Shown here: positions 19,282-30,049 of the stretch, in pieces | Layout of the letters: every line of letters starts with the position of its first letter | Position numbering within the stretch: the first letter of the stretch is position 1 | Origin: Spirochaetia bacterium | GTDB lineage: Bacteria > Spirochaetota > Spirochaetia > UBA9216 | Assembly: GCA_965140585.1 (NCBI GenBank) | Contig: OZ223268.1 | Location: 64,001 to 128,000, forward strand | Reading direction: 5' to 3' | DNA: 64,000 bases | Notes under the pieces: model-generated | Databases searched by the model: none | Seen by the model: the letters and a program-made list of their open reading frames with translations, nothing else | What the model was told of the DNA's origin: nothing | Program-made: the position numbers and the translations under genes

Positions 19282-21426
19282 ATGACAGATAAAAACACGA
19301 CTGATTCTCTATACAGAATTAACAGGCTCACCGGGGAATTTACAAATCGGCAGATTGAAAGCAAGTTCACGGAAATCTCCTGGCCCGGGATTTCAAAAAA
19401 GCTTATTATTGCTTTTATACTCTGTGCTGCAAATTTCCTTCTTTCCAATAACATTCAGGGTCCCGGGGAATTTCCGCAATACCGGACACTCATTGTCCCT
19501 ATCACCAAAGGCTTTGCAGTATTCCTCTTAGCTGCTGCTGTCGCTGTAAAAAAAAGCAGAAAATATTACCTCTGGCTTCAGATAGTGGTCTCTCTGTCAG
19601 AAATTTTCATCGGACTGCAGTCAGCGGCCAACCATTATTTTTTTCTTACATACATCAACAAATTCTATGATATAGGCACATCATTTATTGTGTTCTATAT
19701 TCTTATCTTCTATATAGTTGTTCCGAACAGGCTCTTAACAATCCTGATTACAAATGTCACAATTGCAGTACTGTTCACCTTTATAACGAATCTCAGCGGG
19801 CTTACATCTTTTTCAGACATCTTTTCCATATCCATGTATTTTGCAATTGCAAATGCACTTGGCTATGTGATCACCCTATCGAATAACAGGGCAAGGCGTG
19901 AAGAATACCATCAGCGAATTCAGCTTAGAGCGGCTCAGGATGAAGCAATCGATGCCAGGAAGATGGCCGAAGAAGCAAATTCAGCAAAGAGCCGCTTCCT
20001 TGCAATGATCAACCATGAGATGCGGACTCCTCTGAATGTTGTTGTGGGCGGCATACAGATACTCGAAAATGACGGACTGAATGCCGGTCAGCAGGACACC
20101 CTGACCATGATAAAAAATTCGGGCGAACTACTGAAAGACCTCATAAGAAATGTGCTTGATTTCACCGATATGGAACGCAATCAGATCCAAATCAGAAGTG
20201 AAATCTTCTTACTTGATGATCTGTTTAAAGAGCTTCAGAATATCTACACCCTGATGGCCGAAGAGAACAAAATTGATTTTATACTGACAGATGAGCTGAA
20301 TGAGTTCAGACCGGTAGAGGGTGACCCCATGCGGCTTCGTCAGATTCTTACCAATCTTTTAAACAATGCATTTAAATTTACAAGGGACGGTTCGGTCTGT
20401 CTGAAGATTGCACCTGAAGCAGCAGATGATTCACAGTTATTATCAGTCAGGTTTTCAGTTATAGATACCGGAATCGGTATCTCTGAAGACCAATTCACAG
20501 AGATAATAAAGCCTTTCACACAGGTGGAACAGACAGCCACAAGGAATTTTGACGGCAGCGGACTGGGGCTGGCCATTTGCAGTGAACTTCTCAATGCAAT
20601 GGGAAGCAGGCTTGAAATATCAAGTAAGGAAGATTCGGGCAGTACATTCAGCTTCATTCTTAGCTTTAAAATATCAAAGCTTCAATCCGGTGCAGTATCA
20701 GCTATACCCGAAACGTCCTGCAAAATTCTGCTTATCGATGATATTTCAGCTAACTTGAAAATAGCCGGCAAACTTTTGGAGGCTCTGAATCAGAGTGTTG
20801 TATGCTGCAGCAGCGGACAGGAAGGAATAGAAAAGATTTCTAACGAAGATATTGATATTGTGTTTATTGATTTTCATATGCCCGAAATGGACGGCTTTGA
20901 AACACTGAAAAGAATAAAGCAGAAAAAGCCTGATATAACCGCCTTTCTGATGACTGCAGATACCAGAGAAGAAATTCTTAGACTGGGAGAAGAAGCAGGA
21001 TTCTCCGGCATAATAAATAAGCCGATTGATTCAGCACAATTGTATGAAGCAGTAGCAGAAAGGAACCTGAATTGTAATTCAAAAAATAATAAAATCAGAA
21101 TAATTTCAGGAGCCTCTAAAAGTATCGATACTGAATATCTTCTTCAGATAAAAAAAGATCTGGGAGAAGAGGTTTTTGCTGATGTAATAAAATCATGTAT
21201 TAAAAATCTGGAAGATACTGTAAGGCTACTGGAAGATAAAGAATCAGGATACGGGCCGCAGGAGCTCATTCATCAATTACTGGGTGTTGCCGGAAACTAC
21301 CGTCTTAATGCTGTTGTAAAAACACTGAAGACCTTCAGGAGTGAACCTTCAGATTTTAATCCTGAAAAGCTGACCGATCAGTTGAGAACTGCAGTCAATG
21401 AACTAAAAGAGCTGATACCTGAATAA
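19282..21426 (+). CDS. hybrid sensor histidine kinase (TM sensor, HisKA, HATPase, REC, Hpt-like)
   Basis: NHEMRTPLN H-box, NLLNNAFKFT, DTGIGI, GSGLGLAI, DFHMPEMDG receiver, IHQLLGVAG Hpt-like. Confidence 0.92.
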   Translation: MTDKNTTDSLYRINRLTGEFTNRQIESKFTEISWPGISKKLIIAFILCAANFLLSNNIQGPGEFPQYRTLIVPITKGFAVFLLAAAVAVKKSRKYYLWLQIVVSLSEIFIGLQSAANHYFFLTYINKFYDIGTSFIVFYILIFYIVVPNRLLTILITNVTIAVLFTFITNLSGLTSFSDIFSISMYFAIANALGYVITLSNNRARREEYHQRIQLRAAQDEAIDARKMAEEANSAKSRFLAMINHEMRTPLNVVVGGIQILENDGLNAGQQDTLTMIKNSGELLKDLIRNVLDFTDMERNQIQIRSEIFLLDDLFKELQNIYTLMAEENKIDFILTDELNEFRPVEGDPMRLRQILTNLLNNAFKFTRDGSVCLKIAPEAADDSQLLSVRFSVIDTGIGISEDQFTEIIKPFTQVEQTATRNFDGSGLGLAICSELLNAMGSRLEISSKEDSGSTFSFILSFKISKLQSGAVSAIPETSCKILLIDDISANLKIAGKLLEALNQSVVCCSSGQEGIEKISNEDIDIVFIDFHMPEMDGFETLKRIKQKKPDITAFLMTADTREEILRLGEEAGFSGIINKPIDSAQLYEAVAERNLNCNSKNNKIRIISGASKSIDTEYLLQIKKDLGEEVFADVIKSCIKNLEDTVRLLEDKESGYGPQELIHQLLGVAGNYRLNAVVKTLKTFRSEPSDFNPEKLTDQLRTAVNELKELIPE

Positions 21427-21472
21427 ACCCCGGAGCCGGGCTCTCAGGATTTATCCGATATTCCAGCTATGC

Positions 21473-22642
21473 TTATTTCTTTTTTCTGTCTTTCAGCAGT
21501 GCTGCAAATGGATTATAGGTATCAGCATCAGATTCAGGCTCCATATATTTTCTGCTTTCCTCATCGTTGAGGATTGTTGAGGCAGGCTTTAATGATAGCC
21601 GTCTTTTGCCCTTATCGATACTGTTTATCAGTACTGTAAGGGTCTGTCCGGGCTTCAGTTTGGCTGCCGTCTTACCCGATCTTGAATCAGCCTCAAGTTC
21701 TGAAATGTGAATCAGTCCGTCCAGTCCGGGTTCAAGCGATACAAAAGCACCGAAGTTTGTCACACGTACAACAATACCTTCGTATTTGACTCCTCTGTGA
21801 TACCGTTCATCAACATCTTCCCAGGGATCAGCTAGAAGCGCTTTCATACTGAGGCTGATACGCTCGGACTTCCAGTCGATACTGAGAATTGAAGCCTTAA
21901 TTTCCTGGCCTACCTTCAGTACAGCGTTAATATCCTCTACACGGTCACGGCTTATTTCTGAAACCGGAAGAAGGGCCTGGAAGCCGTCAATATCAACGAA
22001 GGCTCCGAAATTCTGCAGCCGGGTTATTGTTCCGTTGACGGTCATTCCCTCTTCCAGATTCTTTTTAAGCTCTTCAATCTGCTTCTCATGCTCAGCCTGC
22101 AGAATTGCTCTGTTTGAAACCAGGATATTACGTCCGCCCTCTTTATACTCAATAATCTTAAAAGTAAGTGTCTTGCCAATCCAGTCCGCCGCGTTTTCAA
22201 TACGCTGCATGCCCAGTTGGCTGTAGGGACAAAAAGCCCTGGAATCACCTATAGTGATTTCAAATCCGCCCTTAATTTCCTTTTCAACAATGCCTTCAAC
22301 CGGTATACCGTTTTCATAGGCGGTTTCCATTACCGCTTTTGCAGCCTTGTCACCGCTGATTTTAGTTGTAAAATGCATCTCTCCGTTTTTTGCAGAGAGA
22401 AAAAAGACCTTTATTTTATCGCCGGCTTCAGCGGTAAGGTTTCCGTCTTTATCAATCAGTTCCGCCCGGTCCATCAGGCCTTCACTCTTGCCGTTCAGCT
22501 GAAGAAAAACCGTATCTCCGGAAATTGAAACTATCTCAGTCTCAATCTGCTCTCCGGGTCTCATTGATTTGCTTTCAGTAAAACTCTCCTCCAGCATTTG
22601 TGCAAAGTCATTTTCATAGTTTTCTGAGTCAGGTTTATCCAT
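21473..22642 (-). CDS. rpsA: 30S ribosomal protein S1-like (short, about 4 S1 domains)
   Basis: Repeated S1 motifs (FGAFVDI, LPVSEIS, RISLSMK, FGAFVSL, GLIHISEL); probably a paralogue. Confidence 0.8.
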   Translation of the reverse strand: MDKPDSENYENDFAQMLEESFTESKSMRPGEQIETEIVSISGDTVFLQLNGKSEGLMDRAELIDKDGNLTAEAGDKIKVFFLSAKNGEMHFTTKISGDKAAKAVMETAYENGIPVEGIVEKEIKGGFEITIGDSRAFCPYSQLGMQRIENAADWIGKTLTFKIIEYKEGGRNILVSNRAILQAEHEKQIEELKKNLEEGMTVNGTITRLQNFGAFVDIDGFQALLPVSEISRDRVEDINAVLKVGQEIKASILSIDWKSERISLSMKALLADPWEDVDERYHRGVKYEGIVVRVTNFGAFVSLEPGLDGLIHISELEADSRSGKTAAKLKPGQTLTVLINSIDKGKRRLSLKPASTILNDEESRKYMEPESDADTYNPFAALLKDRKKK

Positions 22643-22863
22643 ATTTGTTATTTACTCCATTTTCAGTGGTATTATACAGAATAATAAAATATTTTTAAAT
22701 CCTCTGCGGCGCCAAGTATCCATATCGGGCTTGAACATCTTTGCATATTCACATATAGTGACAGCTCAGAGCCGTGATACAGCCAAGGCTTATATTCACG
22801 GTCCCTTCTTTTCCATGTTGTCCGGCGGGTAGAGATTGATAAAAAACCCGGACCAGGAAATAA

Positions 22864-24261
22864 ATGAATAACAATAATTCTCACACAAAGACAAACAATC
22901 TGCAGGGTGTTTTCAATATGTTGCGCCCCGAAATACAGAAGGCTGTAGCCCTTAAGGGTTATACTGAACCCTCTCCGATACAGGAACAAGCAATTCCGCA
23001 TCTTCTTAAAGGCTGTGATCTGCTCGGCAGCGCACAGACCGGAACAGGTAAAACAGCGGCATTTTCGCTTCCCCTGCTTCAGAAACTTGCACAGAACAGC
23101 ATGAGGCCCCAGAAGAGCACTCCGAAAGCCCTTATTCTTGCTCCCACACGGGAACTTGCAGCACAGATTGGTGATAACATAAAATCATACAGCAGATTTC
23201 TGAGAGTAAGCCACGCCGTAATTTTCGGCGGAGTAAGCCAGCATCACCAGATAAAGGCTCTTAACCGCGGAGTTGATATCCTTGTGGCAACACCCGGAAG
23301 ACTTCTTGATTTGATGAACCAGGGCTTTATTCACCTGGAAAGTATTGAAGTCTTCATCCTGGATGAGGTTGATCGTATGCTTGATATGGGATTCATCCAC
23401 GACATAAAAAAGATAATCGCAGTGATTCCGGAAGAGCGTCAGACGCTGTTTTTCTCGGCTACAATGCCTCCGAAGATCATGACGCTTGCAGAAACACTTG
23501 TAAAAAGCCCTGTCATGATAGAAATTACACCCGAACAGCCGGCTGTCGAACGGATAGACCAGAGAGTGCTCTTTGTTGATGAAAAAGATAAGGATGATCT
23601 GCTGAAGCTTGTTCTCAAAGACAGTGAGATAAGCAAAGCAATAATCTTCACCCAGATGAAACATGTAGCAAACAGGGTTGTTGACAAGCTGACATCAGCC
23701 GGAATCGAGAGTGCGGCAATTCACGGAAACAAAAGCCAGGCAGCCAGGGTTAAAGCTCTGGATGGTTTCAAGAAAGGCCAGATCTCGGTTCTTGTAGCCA
23801 CTGATGTAGCAGCCCGCGGAATTGATGTAGAAAACATAAGCCATGTTATAAATTACGATATGCCGATGGAAGCTGAAACCTATGTACACCGTATAGGCCG
23901 TACAGCAAGAGCAGGAGCCGACGGCATCTCAATATCCTTCTGCTGTGCCGAAGACCGTGCTTATCTGAGGGCAATTGATAAACTGCTTGATGTTCCTGTT
24001 CCGGCCGACATTAATCATCAGTATCATTCCGATACCGCACAGAACTCAACCCTTCCCGCTCCCAAAAACTTTGGAAGAGGCAGAGCCGACCGCAGACCGG
24101 GCGGCCAGGGAGGACAGGGCCAGAGAAGACCCGGCGGTACTCCCGGCCAAAACAGCCGGAATGCCTCAGGAAGAAATTATTCAGGCGGCAGAAACGGAAA
24201 CCGTCCTTCCGGTAATTCCAACCGTTCAGGTAACCGAAGCCGAAGCAGAAATCAGGCTTAG
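22864..24261 (+). CDS. rhlE: DEAD-box RNA helicase (RhlE-like)
   Basis: Q motif, AQTGTGKT, PTRELA, TPGRLLD, DEVD, SAT, ARGID, HRIGRTAR; R/G/N-rich tail. Confidence 0.9.
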   Translation: MNNNNSHTKTNNLQGVFNMLRPEIQKAVALKGYTEPSPIQEQAIPHLLKGCDLLGSAQTGTGKTAAFSLPLLQKLAQNSMRPQKSTPKALILAPTRELAAQIGDNIKSYSRFLRVSHAVIFGGVSQHHQIKALNRGVDILVATPGRLLDLMNQGFIHLESIEVFILDEVDRMLDMGFIHDIKKIIAVIPEERQTLFFSATMPPKIMTLAETLVKSPVMIEITPEQPAVERIDQRVLFVDEKDKDDLLKLVLKDSEISKAIIFTQMKHVANRVVDKLTSAGIESAAIHGNKSQAARVKALDGFKKGQISVLVATDVAARGIDVENISHVINYDMPMEAETYVHRIGRTARAGADGISISFCCAEDRAYLRAIDKLLDVPVPADINHQYHSDTAQNSTLPAPKNFGRGRADRRPGGQGGQGQRRPGGTPGQNSRNASGRNYSGGRNGNRPSGNSNRSGNRSRSRNQA

Positions 24262-24413
24262 ACAACTGAGGGCGGGTCATTTACACGGCCTGCCTGCATT
24301 AACCATACGGCGGGGATGAAAGTCTTTTCAGGAAGCAGTATAGAAGTTACTGTCAGGAATAGAAACAGCAGAGTTACAATAAGTTCCAAAGCCGGCCAAT
24401 TTTTTACTTTCAT
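24258..24413 (-). CDS. possible 51-aa membrane peptide or truncated gene
   Basis: MKVKNWPALELIVTLLFLFLTVTSILLPEKTFIPAVWLMQAGRVNDPPSVV fills the intergenic gap; no clear RBS. Confidence 0.3.
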   Translation of the reverse strand: MKVKNWPALELIVTLLFLFLTVTSILLPEKTFIPAVWLMQAGRVNDPPSVV

Positions 24414-24455
24414 AAGTACAGCTTATCATGGAATACTTTCAAGCTGTACAAAATT

Positions 24456-25058
24456 TCAATCGGCCTTTAATCCGTACTTCATGAGCTCCACAAAATCATT
24501 CAGAAATTCAATAGACTGGTCCAGTTCCGGTTCTTCATCCCTGAAAAATATATCATCAAAAGATGCAAACAATGAACTCATAACCTTTTGAATAAATTCC
24601 GGTGAAAAGTGTTTTCTGAAACAGCCTGATTCATAATATTTTGCAATAAGCGAACTCAGCCCGGATTCCTCTGCAGCATCAAGATCTTTTAAAACCTGAC
24701 TATAAATCTCAGTCCCCTTTTCTCTTGAAAGCAGTATTCCCAGTTTATGATATCCCGGATGAGCAGCAGCGAACCTGACACCGCTTTCCGCCTGTTTGAG
24801 AAAAAACTCAAAGATGTCCCCGGCCCCGGAGTCATCACCAGTTTCAGCTTTTATGAATTTCCACTTTTGAGAACTTGCCTCCCTCAAAAGAAACAGGTAC
24901 AGTTCATACTTATTCTGAAACCGGTAGTAGAAGGACCCCTTTGCTATACCTGCATTTGAAATTATCCTGTTCACTGAAGCTTCTTCATAGCTGTGCACTG
25001 TAAACTCTTTCAGGGCCTCCTCCAGAAGCCTGTTTTCATCAATTTCCTTTCTGGCCAC
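24456..25058 (-). CDS. TetR/AcrR-family transcriptional regulator
   Basis: SYEEASVNRIISNAGIAKGSFYYRFQNK HTH. Confidence 0.9.
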   Translation of the reverse strand: MARKEIDENRLLEEALKEFTVHSYEEASVNRIISNAGIAKGSFYYRFQNKYELYLFLLREASSQKWKFIKAETGDDSGAGDIFEFFLKQAESGVRFAAAHPGYHKLGILLSREKGTEIYSQVLKDLDAAEESGLSSLIAKYYESGCFRKHFSPEFIQKVMSSLFASFDDIFFRDEEPELDQSIEFLNDFVELMKYGLKAD

Positions 25059-25937
25059 TCATACCTCTCCAAGCTCCGGAATATATTTTTTAGTGAGAGT
25101 CATGACATCATCAATATTCCGCCTGCTTCTGCTGTATCCGGATGAAGAAACCTCTTTACATTTTTCATCAAAATATTTTCCCGTTATGCTGCGGTACTGC
25201 TCAGAAACTGCAAGTTCGGTATAGGTTTCAGCCATCTTTTCGGGGCTGATAGATTTTTTTGCTTTGGCTGCATACACCTTTTTCATGAACTCCGACAGTT
25301 CCGCATGCCGGGATATATCAACTTTCACCGCCGTTACACGTATACAGTTGACTCTTACATCTGTATTCTCAAGCCTTTCCGCCAGACGATAGGTGTACAT
25401 AACCTGTGCAAGCTTGGACTGATAATAGGCATTTACGATACTGAATTTTCTGCTTTTAAACTCCGGGTCTGCTGTATCAACTTTCATAAATGGTTTCGCA
25501 AGAAGGCCCTTTGATGAAACCATCAGAACCCTGCCGTTTTCACTTTTTTTAAGCTTCTCAAGCAGTAATTCAGTAAGCAGAACCGGGCCCAGATGGTTTG
25601 TAGCCCAGACGGTTTCAAGACCTTCAGAGTTTTCCTTCCGCTCTTTTTGTGTAACATTAAATACCGCAGCATTATGAATAATCACATCAAGCTACTCAAA
25701 CCGGCTTGAAAAATCAGCTGCAAACGATTTGATTGATTCAAAGCTGCCCATATCAATTATGGCAAGTTCCGCGGAAAGACCGGATTCCAATTCCATCAGC
25801 TCCCGCAGAGCCGCCTCTCCCCGTTCACGGCTTCGGCAGGCAAGAATTACATGCATGTTCTTCTGTGCTATCTGAAAAGCCGCCTGCCTGCCAATTCCGG
25901 CGTTGGCTCCTGTGATTATGCAAATTTTCTTTTCCAT
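25059..25937 (-). pseudogene. SDR oxidoreductase (retinol dehydrogenase-like) with in-frame amber stop
   Basis: TGANAGIG, HNAA and YYQSK motifs in one frame, interrupted by TAG at 25692-25694 (FE*LDVIIHNAA). Confidence 0.8.
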
Positions 25938-25954
25938 CAATTAAGCCTCCTTTA

Positions 25955-25984
25955 TAGACCTTCCGGTCTAGACTAATAGGCCTA
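25955..25984. promoter_or_regulatory. tandem TAGACC-N4-GGTCTA palindromes, putative TetR operator
   Basis: tagaccttccggtcta overlapping tagactaataggccta just upstream of the SDR-tetR operon RBS. Confidence 0.55.
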
Positions 25985-26036
25985 ATATAATACAGCATTA
26001 CCACTTTATCAAATTTTAAAGGGGATTTCTGTTAAA

Positions 26037-26759
26037 TTACGACCAGAGAGAGGCAATAAATGGATTTGGAGTTCTGTTTTCCGACGAACCGCTCAGATTA
26101 TGAGCACCAATCTGCACTGCAGCAGCATTCTTCCATTCTGAGACTTCCTTTTCATTCAGATTGATATACTCAAGCCTGGTTTTATAATGAACCTCGGAAC
26201 AGCCGCCGGCTTCTTCCCATGCAGAATAAAACGGTTTACAGCTTCGGCGGGCAAGTTCACCCATATGCGTTCTGTTAATGGTAAACCAGTTCAGCTCTGT
26301 AATACAGGCATAGGACCATAAGTCTTTTGAGGACCCACCGCATGAGACTGAATGGATGTAAGCCATACGGCCGGCTTCAGCATCACCCCAGCCCTTTAGA
26401 ATAAACTGCAGCGGAATGCAGAAACGCCAGGTTATACCCTCAGGGAACCTGAATAACATCTGAAACTCGGCATTACCGGCCTTTGCCCCCTTGATACCCT
26501 GAAACTTTACAGCCCGGGTTTCAACATCATAATCCATTAAAACATTAATGGCTGAATTGCCGAGCCTTCTGAAACAGCTTACCCGGTTATTCATCCGTTC
26601 ATTAGCTGCAATCAGAAGATCAACGGCTCCGTTTTTTTTACTATCGCTGCTGTTTGCATGCTTTTCCAGATACTCATCCAGCATACGAAGAACCTGAATG
26701 GTGGGAATTAAAGGAAGAAGGGAGTTGCAGTTTCGACTGTCTAAAAATTTGAATTTCAT
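26037..26759 (-). CDS. hypothetical protein, possible degenerate GIY-YIG-like domain
   Basis: Long ORF; AYIH...YACIT..NW...H...FYSAW pattern. Confidence 0.55.
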   Translation of the reverse strand: MKFKFLDSRNCNSLLPLIPTIQVLRMLDEYLEKHANSSDSKKNGAVDLLIAANERMNNRVSCFRRLGNSAINVLMDYDVETRAVKFQGIKGAKAGNAEFQMLFRFPEGITWRFCIPLQFILKGWGDAEAGRMAYIHSVSCGGSSKDLWSYACITELNWFTINRTHMGELARRSCKPFYSAWEEAGGCSEVHYKTRLEYINLNEKEVSEWKNAAAVQIGAHNLSGSSENRTPNPFIASLWS

Positions 26760-26794
26760 AATTATTTCCAAGTATATCCCGTAAATCTGTAATT

Positions 26795-27778
26795 TCAGAT
26801 GATGAAGCCTGAAGTAATAAGAAATGCCTTTAACCTGTCCCTGTACTCAGTATTTGCGAGCTCCCAGGCCCTGGCATGTTCGGCACCCTCTACAATAAAG
26901 AGCTCTTTTTCACTGCTGCAGGCATCATACAGACGGAAAACCATTTCAGTGGGGACAAAGGTGTCCGAACCCCCGTGAATGAAAAACAGCGGAACCGAGG
27001 CCTTTGCAACCTGAATCAGGGCAGAAGCTTCTTCAAAACTGTAGCCGGCCTTTTTCTTTGTATATCTGCTGGTTCTTTCGACAAGTCCGGGATTATCAAT
27101 ATTTCTGAAATGCTCAAGCTGATAGGTGAGTTCATCCTGAACACTGGTATAACCGCAGTCTTCAACAATACAGACTACAGTGTCCGGAAGCTGTTCGCCG
27201 CTGCTCATCATAACAGTTGCACCGCCCATGGATATTCCATGAAGAACAATAGAACAGTCGTCGCCGGTAAGCTTTGAAACCTCATCTGCCCAGTCTATAA
27301 TATCAAAACGCTCATGCCAGCCGAATCCTATATAGTCACCGCCGGAGGCTCCGTGGCCCCTGGCATCCACGGCAAGAACATTAAAACCGAGCTCATTAAA
27401 ATAGTACCGTGCAAAGCTGCTCATTGAAAAAGCATCCATCGAATATCCGTGAACAAGTATTACTGTATTCTTCGTAACTTTTCCGTCATCGGAAAGATAA
27501 GGCAGCCAGTAGCCTGCAAGTTTTAGACCGTCACCTGAGATAATCTCAATATTTACGTAAGGCATATCGCCGAACCAGTTACGGTCAGTGCTGAATATGG
27601 ATTCTCCGGCTTCTTCCTCATCAGCACTCCCGTTGCTGTCGGAAGCCGGGGCAACGACAGTGCTTTTATCATTACGCTTAACTGCCACAGAATAGTAGAA
27701 TCTTGCGCATGAGCTTAGTTCTGCGGTCAGAGTAAAAATTATCAATATAAGCAGGACAGATTTTTTAATACTTTTCAT
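26795..27778 (-). CDS. alpha/beta hydrolase (YqkD-like), N-terminally anchored
   Basis: VHGY, DARGHGAS, GISMG nucleophile, IHGGSDTFVP, GAEH. Confidence 0.9.
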   Translation of the reverse strand: MKSIKKSVLLILIIFTLTAELSSCARFYYSVAVKRNDKSTVVAPASDSNGSADEEEAGESIFSTDRNWFGDMPYVNIEIISGDGLKLAGYWLPYLSDDGKVTKNTVILVHGYSMDAFSMSSFARYYFNELGFNVLAVDARGHGASGGDYIGFGWHERFDIIDWADEVSKLTGDDCSIVLHGISMGGATVMMSSGEQLPDTVVCIVEDCGYTSVQDELTYQLEHFRNIDNPGLVERTSRYTKKKAGYSFEEASALIQVAKASVPLFFIHGGSDTFVPTEMVFRLYDACSSEKELFIVEGAEHARAWELANTEYRDRLKAFLITSGFII

Positions 27779-27867
27779 AATTTGTATATACCACCCGGAT
27801 CAGATTAATAATTCCGGATTATTTAATCAACGGTAATAGATATATAAATAGAGGGAATATATCAGAT

Positions 27868-29910
27868 CTAAACCCTGAACTTAGCAGTCTGGATCGTAAG
27901 TTCCTCGATACTGGTTTTATTCTGCATGCTCAATTCCGCTACCGATTCCACGGCATCGGTTATCTGTCCGGCACCTACAGCCATCTCGTTCATGCCCGAG
28001 CTGATGCCCTCTGTGACCCTGCTGAGATTAGCCATTCCGGATAAGACCTCCTGAACTCCGAGCTTCATTTCATTTGATTTCTCATGAACTTCCCGCGATT
28101 CTCCCACCATTGCTTCAACAGCCTTCAGTACAAGCTTGTTGCCGGACATCTGTTCCTCCATGGCCGCACGGAGCATCTCCTCCTGCTGGGTCACAGATTT
28201 TATCTCATTGTCCATGACAGAAAAATTCTGCATAAGCGAATTTGTGGAAAAACTGATTCTGCCTACTGAATCTTTGATGCGGGAAAGAATTGCAGAAACC
28301 GTCTTCACCTGTTCTCCGGCAGATTCGGCAAGTTTGCGTACCTCATCTGCAACAACTGCAAATCCCTTACCTGAATCACCGGCATGGGCAGCCTCAATGG
28401 CGGCATTCATTGCAAGAAGGTTGGTCTGGCTTGCAATTCCTTCGATAACCTGACTAATTTCAAGAAGGCCATCAGATTCAGATTCGATCTGCCTGATATC
28501 ATCGGCCACAGCAGCAAGTCCGTTTTTACCGGCTTCTGAAGAACTCTGCAGATTATTGAAAATCTCGGTATTCCGGATAAGAGTTCCGGCAATGGAATTC
28601 AGGTTTTCGATCATCTCCTCTGTCGCAGAAGAGCTCTCCTCAATACTTATAAACTGCTTTTCAATAATATTATTTAGCGCTTCTATATTGGAAGTTATCT
28701 GTTTCATAGCCTCAGAGGTTTCATTCACGCTTGATGCCTGGTACTGGGTCTGCTCCTTTACACTTTCTATAGCCGCGGTAATTTGAGTAATGGCAGAGGA
28801 GGTTTCGTTCATATTCATCGCAAGCTTATCACCGATTCCGGAAAGTTCACCCGAATGCTGCTGGATTGAAATTACCAGGTTCCTGATATTGGTAAAGGTA
28901 CTGTTAAGAATACGCGTCATTCTGCCTATCTCATCATTTCTGATTTCCGAAAAGCTTATGGCCAGGTTGGTACTTGACTCCTGAACGACTTCGGCAAGAG
29001 AAGCTTCTGTTTTAGTAAGCGGCTTTGTAAGCAGGGCTCCGAATATCAGGGCGACTATAAAAATCATGACTGTTGAAACCGCAAGAACTATGATGGTAAG
29101 CATTCTTGAGGTATTAATAAGCTGTATCAGGCTGCTTTGATCCTGCCCTATCCGTATCATACCCTGAATCTTCTCACCGCCTGGACCTTTTAAAGGCAGA
29201 AAAGAGTACAGCGTCAGTCCCCGTTGTACATCAACCCTCTCTTCACCATCCTGAATACGGCTGTATATATCATCTTCTGGTTCCATTGAATCCCAAACAG
29301 GCTGTGCATGTGAATACAGGGCGATATCACCGAGAAAGACAGAACCAAGTTCCTCAAGAATATCACTGTCAAGATTTATTCCGGCCTGTAGCGTTCCAAT
29401 TATCTCTCCATCCAGCCGGAGGGGGGCAAAGGCTCTGATAGCAAGGCCGCTGCTTCCGAATTCAAAACCTCCAAGCTTATTACCCTCAAGCGCTTTTGCT
29501 ATGGAATCATTACCGCTTTTATCATCACCGAACTTTCCGGGATTATGACCGCGGTAAAATACTGCCCCGTCCGCATCACCAATCTCAAATACAGTAACAC
29601 CGTTATGAGCGTTCAGAGACTCAAAAACAGGCAAAACAAATCGGGCAGCGGCCTCACGGTCTTCATAATACAAGGCGTTAAGCAGTACAGCATTATCAGT
29701 ATAGCCGTCAATAATATTTTCAAGGTTTGATACCTTGCTGTGAAAGAAATACTCTACAAACTTCAGGTTCTGGGCCGATTTCTCACCGGATTGAATTGTA
29801 ATCACATTGTTTGTCTGAGTGATTAATATCAAAGATACAATTGCCAGCGGAAGCAGACTGATTGCAAGCATTGCAAAAAGAATCTGCAGGCGTAGTGATT
29901 TTTTATGCAT
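27868..29910 (-). CDS. methyl-accepting chemotaxis protein (Cache-type sensor)
   Basis: Two TM segments, HAMP (DEIG), [38 protein letters not shown] signalling domain. Confidence 0.95.
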   Translation of the reverse strand: MHKKSLRLQILFAMLAISLLPLAIVSLILITQTNNVITIQSGEKSAQNLKFVEYFFHSKVSNLENIIDGYTDNAVLLNALYYEDREAAARFVLPVFESLNAHNGVTVFEIGDADGAVFYRGHNPGKFGDDKSGNDSIAKALEGNKLGGFEFGSSGLAIRAFAPLRLDGEIIGTLQAGINLDSDILEELGSVFLGDIALYSHAQPVWDSMEPEDDIYSRIQDGEERVDVQRGLTLYSFLPLKGPGGEKIQGMIRIGQDQSSLIQLINTSRMLTIIVLAVSTVMIFIVALIFGALLTKPLTKTEASLAEVVQESSTNLAISFSEIRNDEIGRMTRILNSTFTNIRNLVISIQQHSGELSGIGDKLAMNMNETSSAITQITAAIESVKEQTQYQASSVNETSEAMKQITSNIEALNNIIEKQFISIEESSSATEEMIENLNSIAGTLIRNTEIFNNLQSSSEAGKNGLAAVADDIRQIESESDGLLEISQVIEGIASQTNLLAMNAAIEAAHAGDSGKGFAVVADEVRKLAESAGEQVKTVSAILSRIKDSVGRISFSTNSLMQNFSVMDNEIKSVTQQEEMLRAAMEEQMSGNKLVLKAVEAMVGESREVHEKSNEMKLGVQEVLSGMANLSRVTEGISSGMNEMAVGAGQITDAVESVAELSMQNKTSIEELTIQTAKFRV

Positions 29911-30049
29911 TTTGGAATCCCCTGATACTTTCTATAAGGTTTACTCATTAAAAGTATATGAGTTCAGATATCAAAGTCAAACAATGGTATAAAAAGCCGG
30001 AACCGGTTAAAATTGAAACAAAATTCCATTTAAAAACGGGGGAAAGTGC

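Noticed and set aside
25692-25694. TAG as pyrrolysine codon
   Set aside because: No pyl genes in the window, non-catalytic position, and TAG is used as a normal stop elsewhere (e.g. the helicase)
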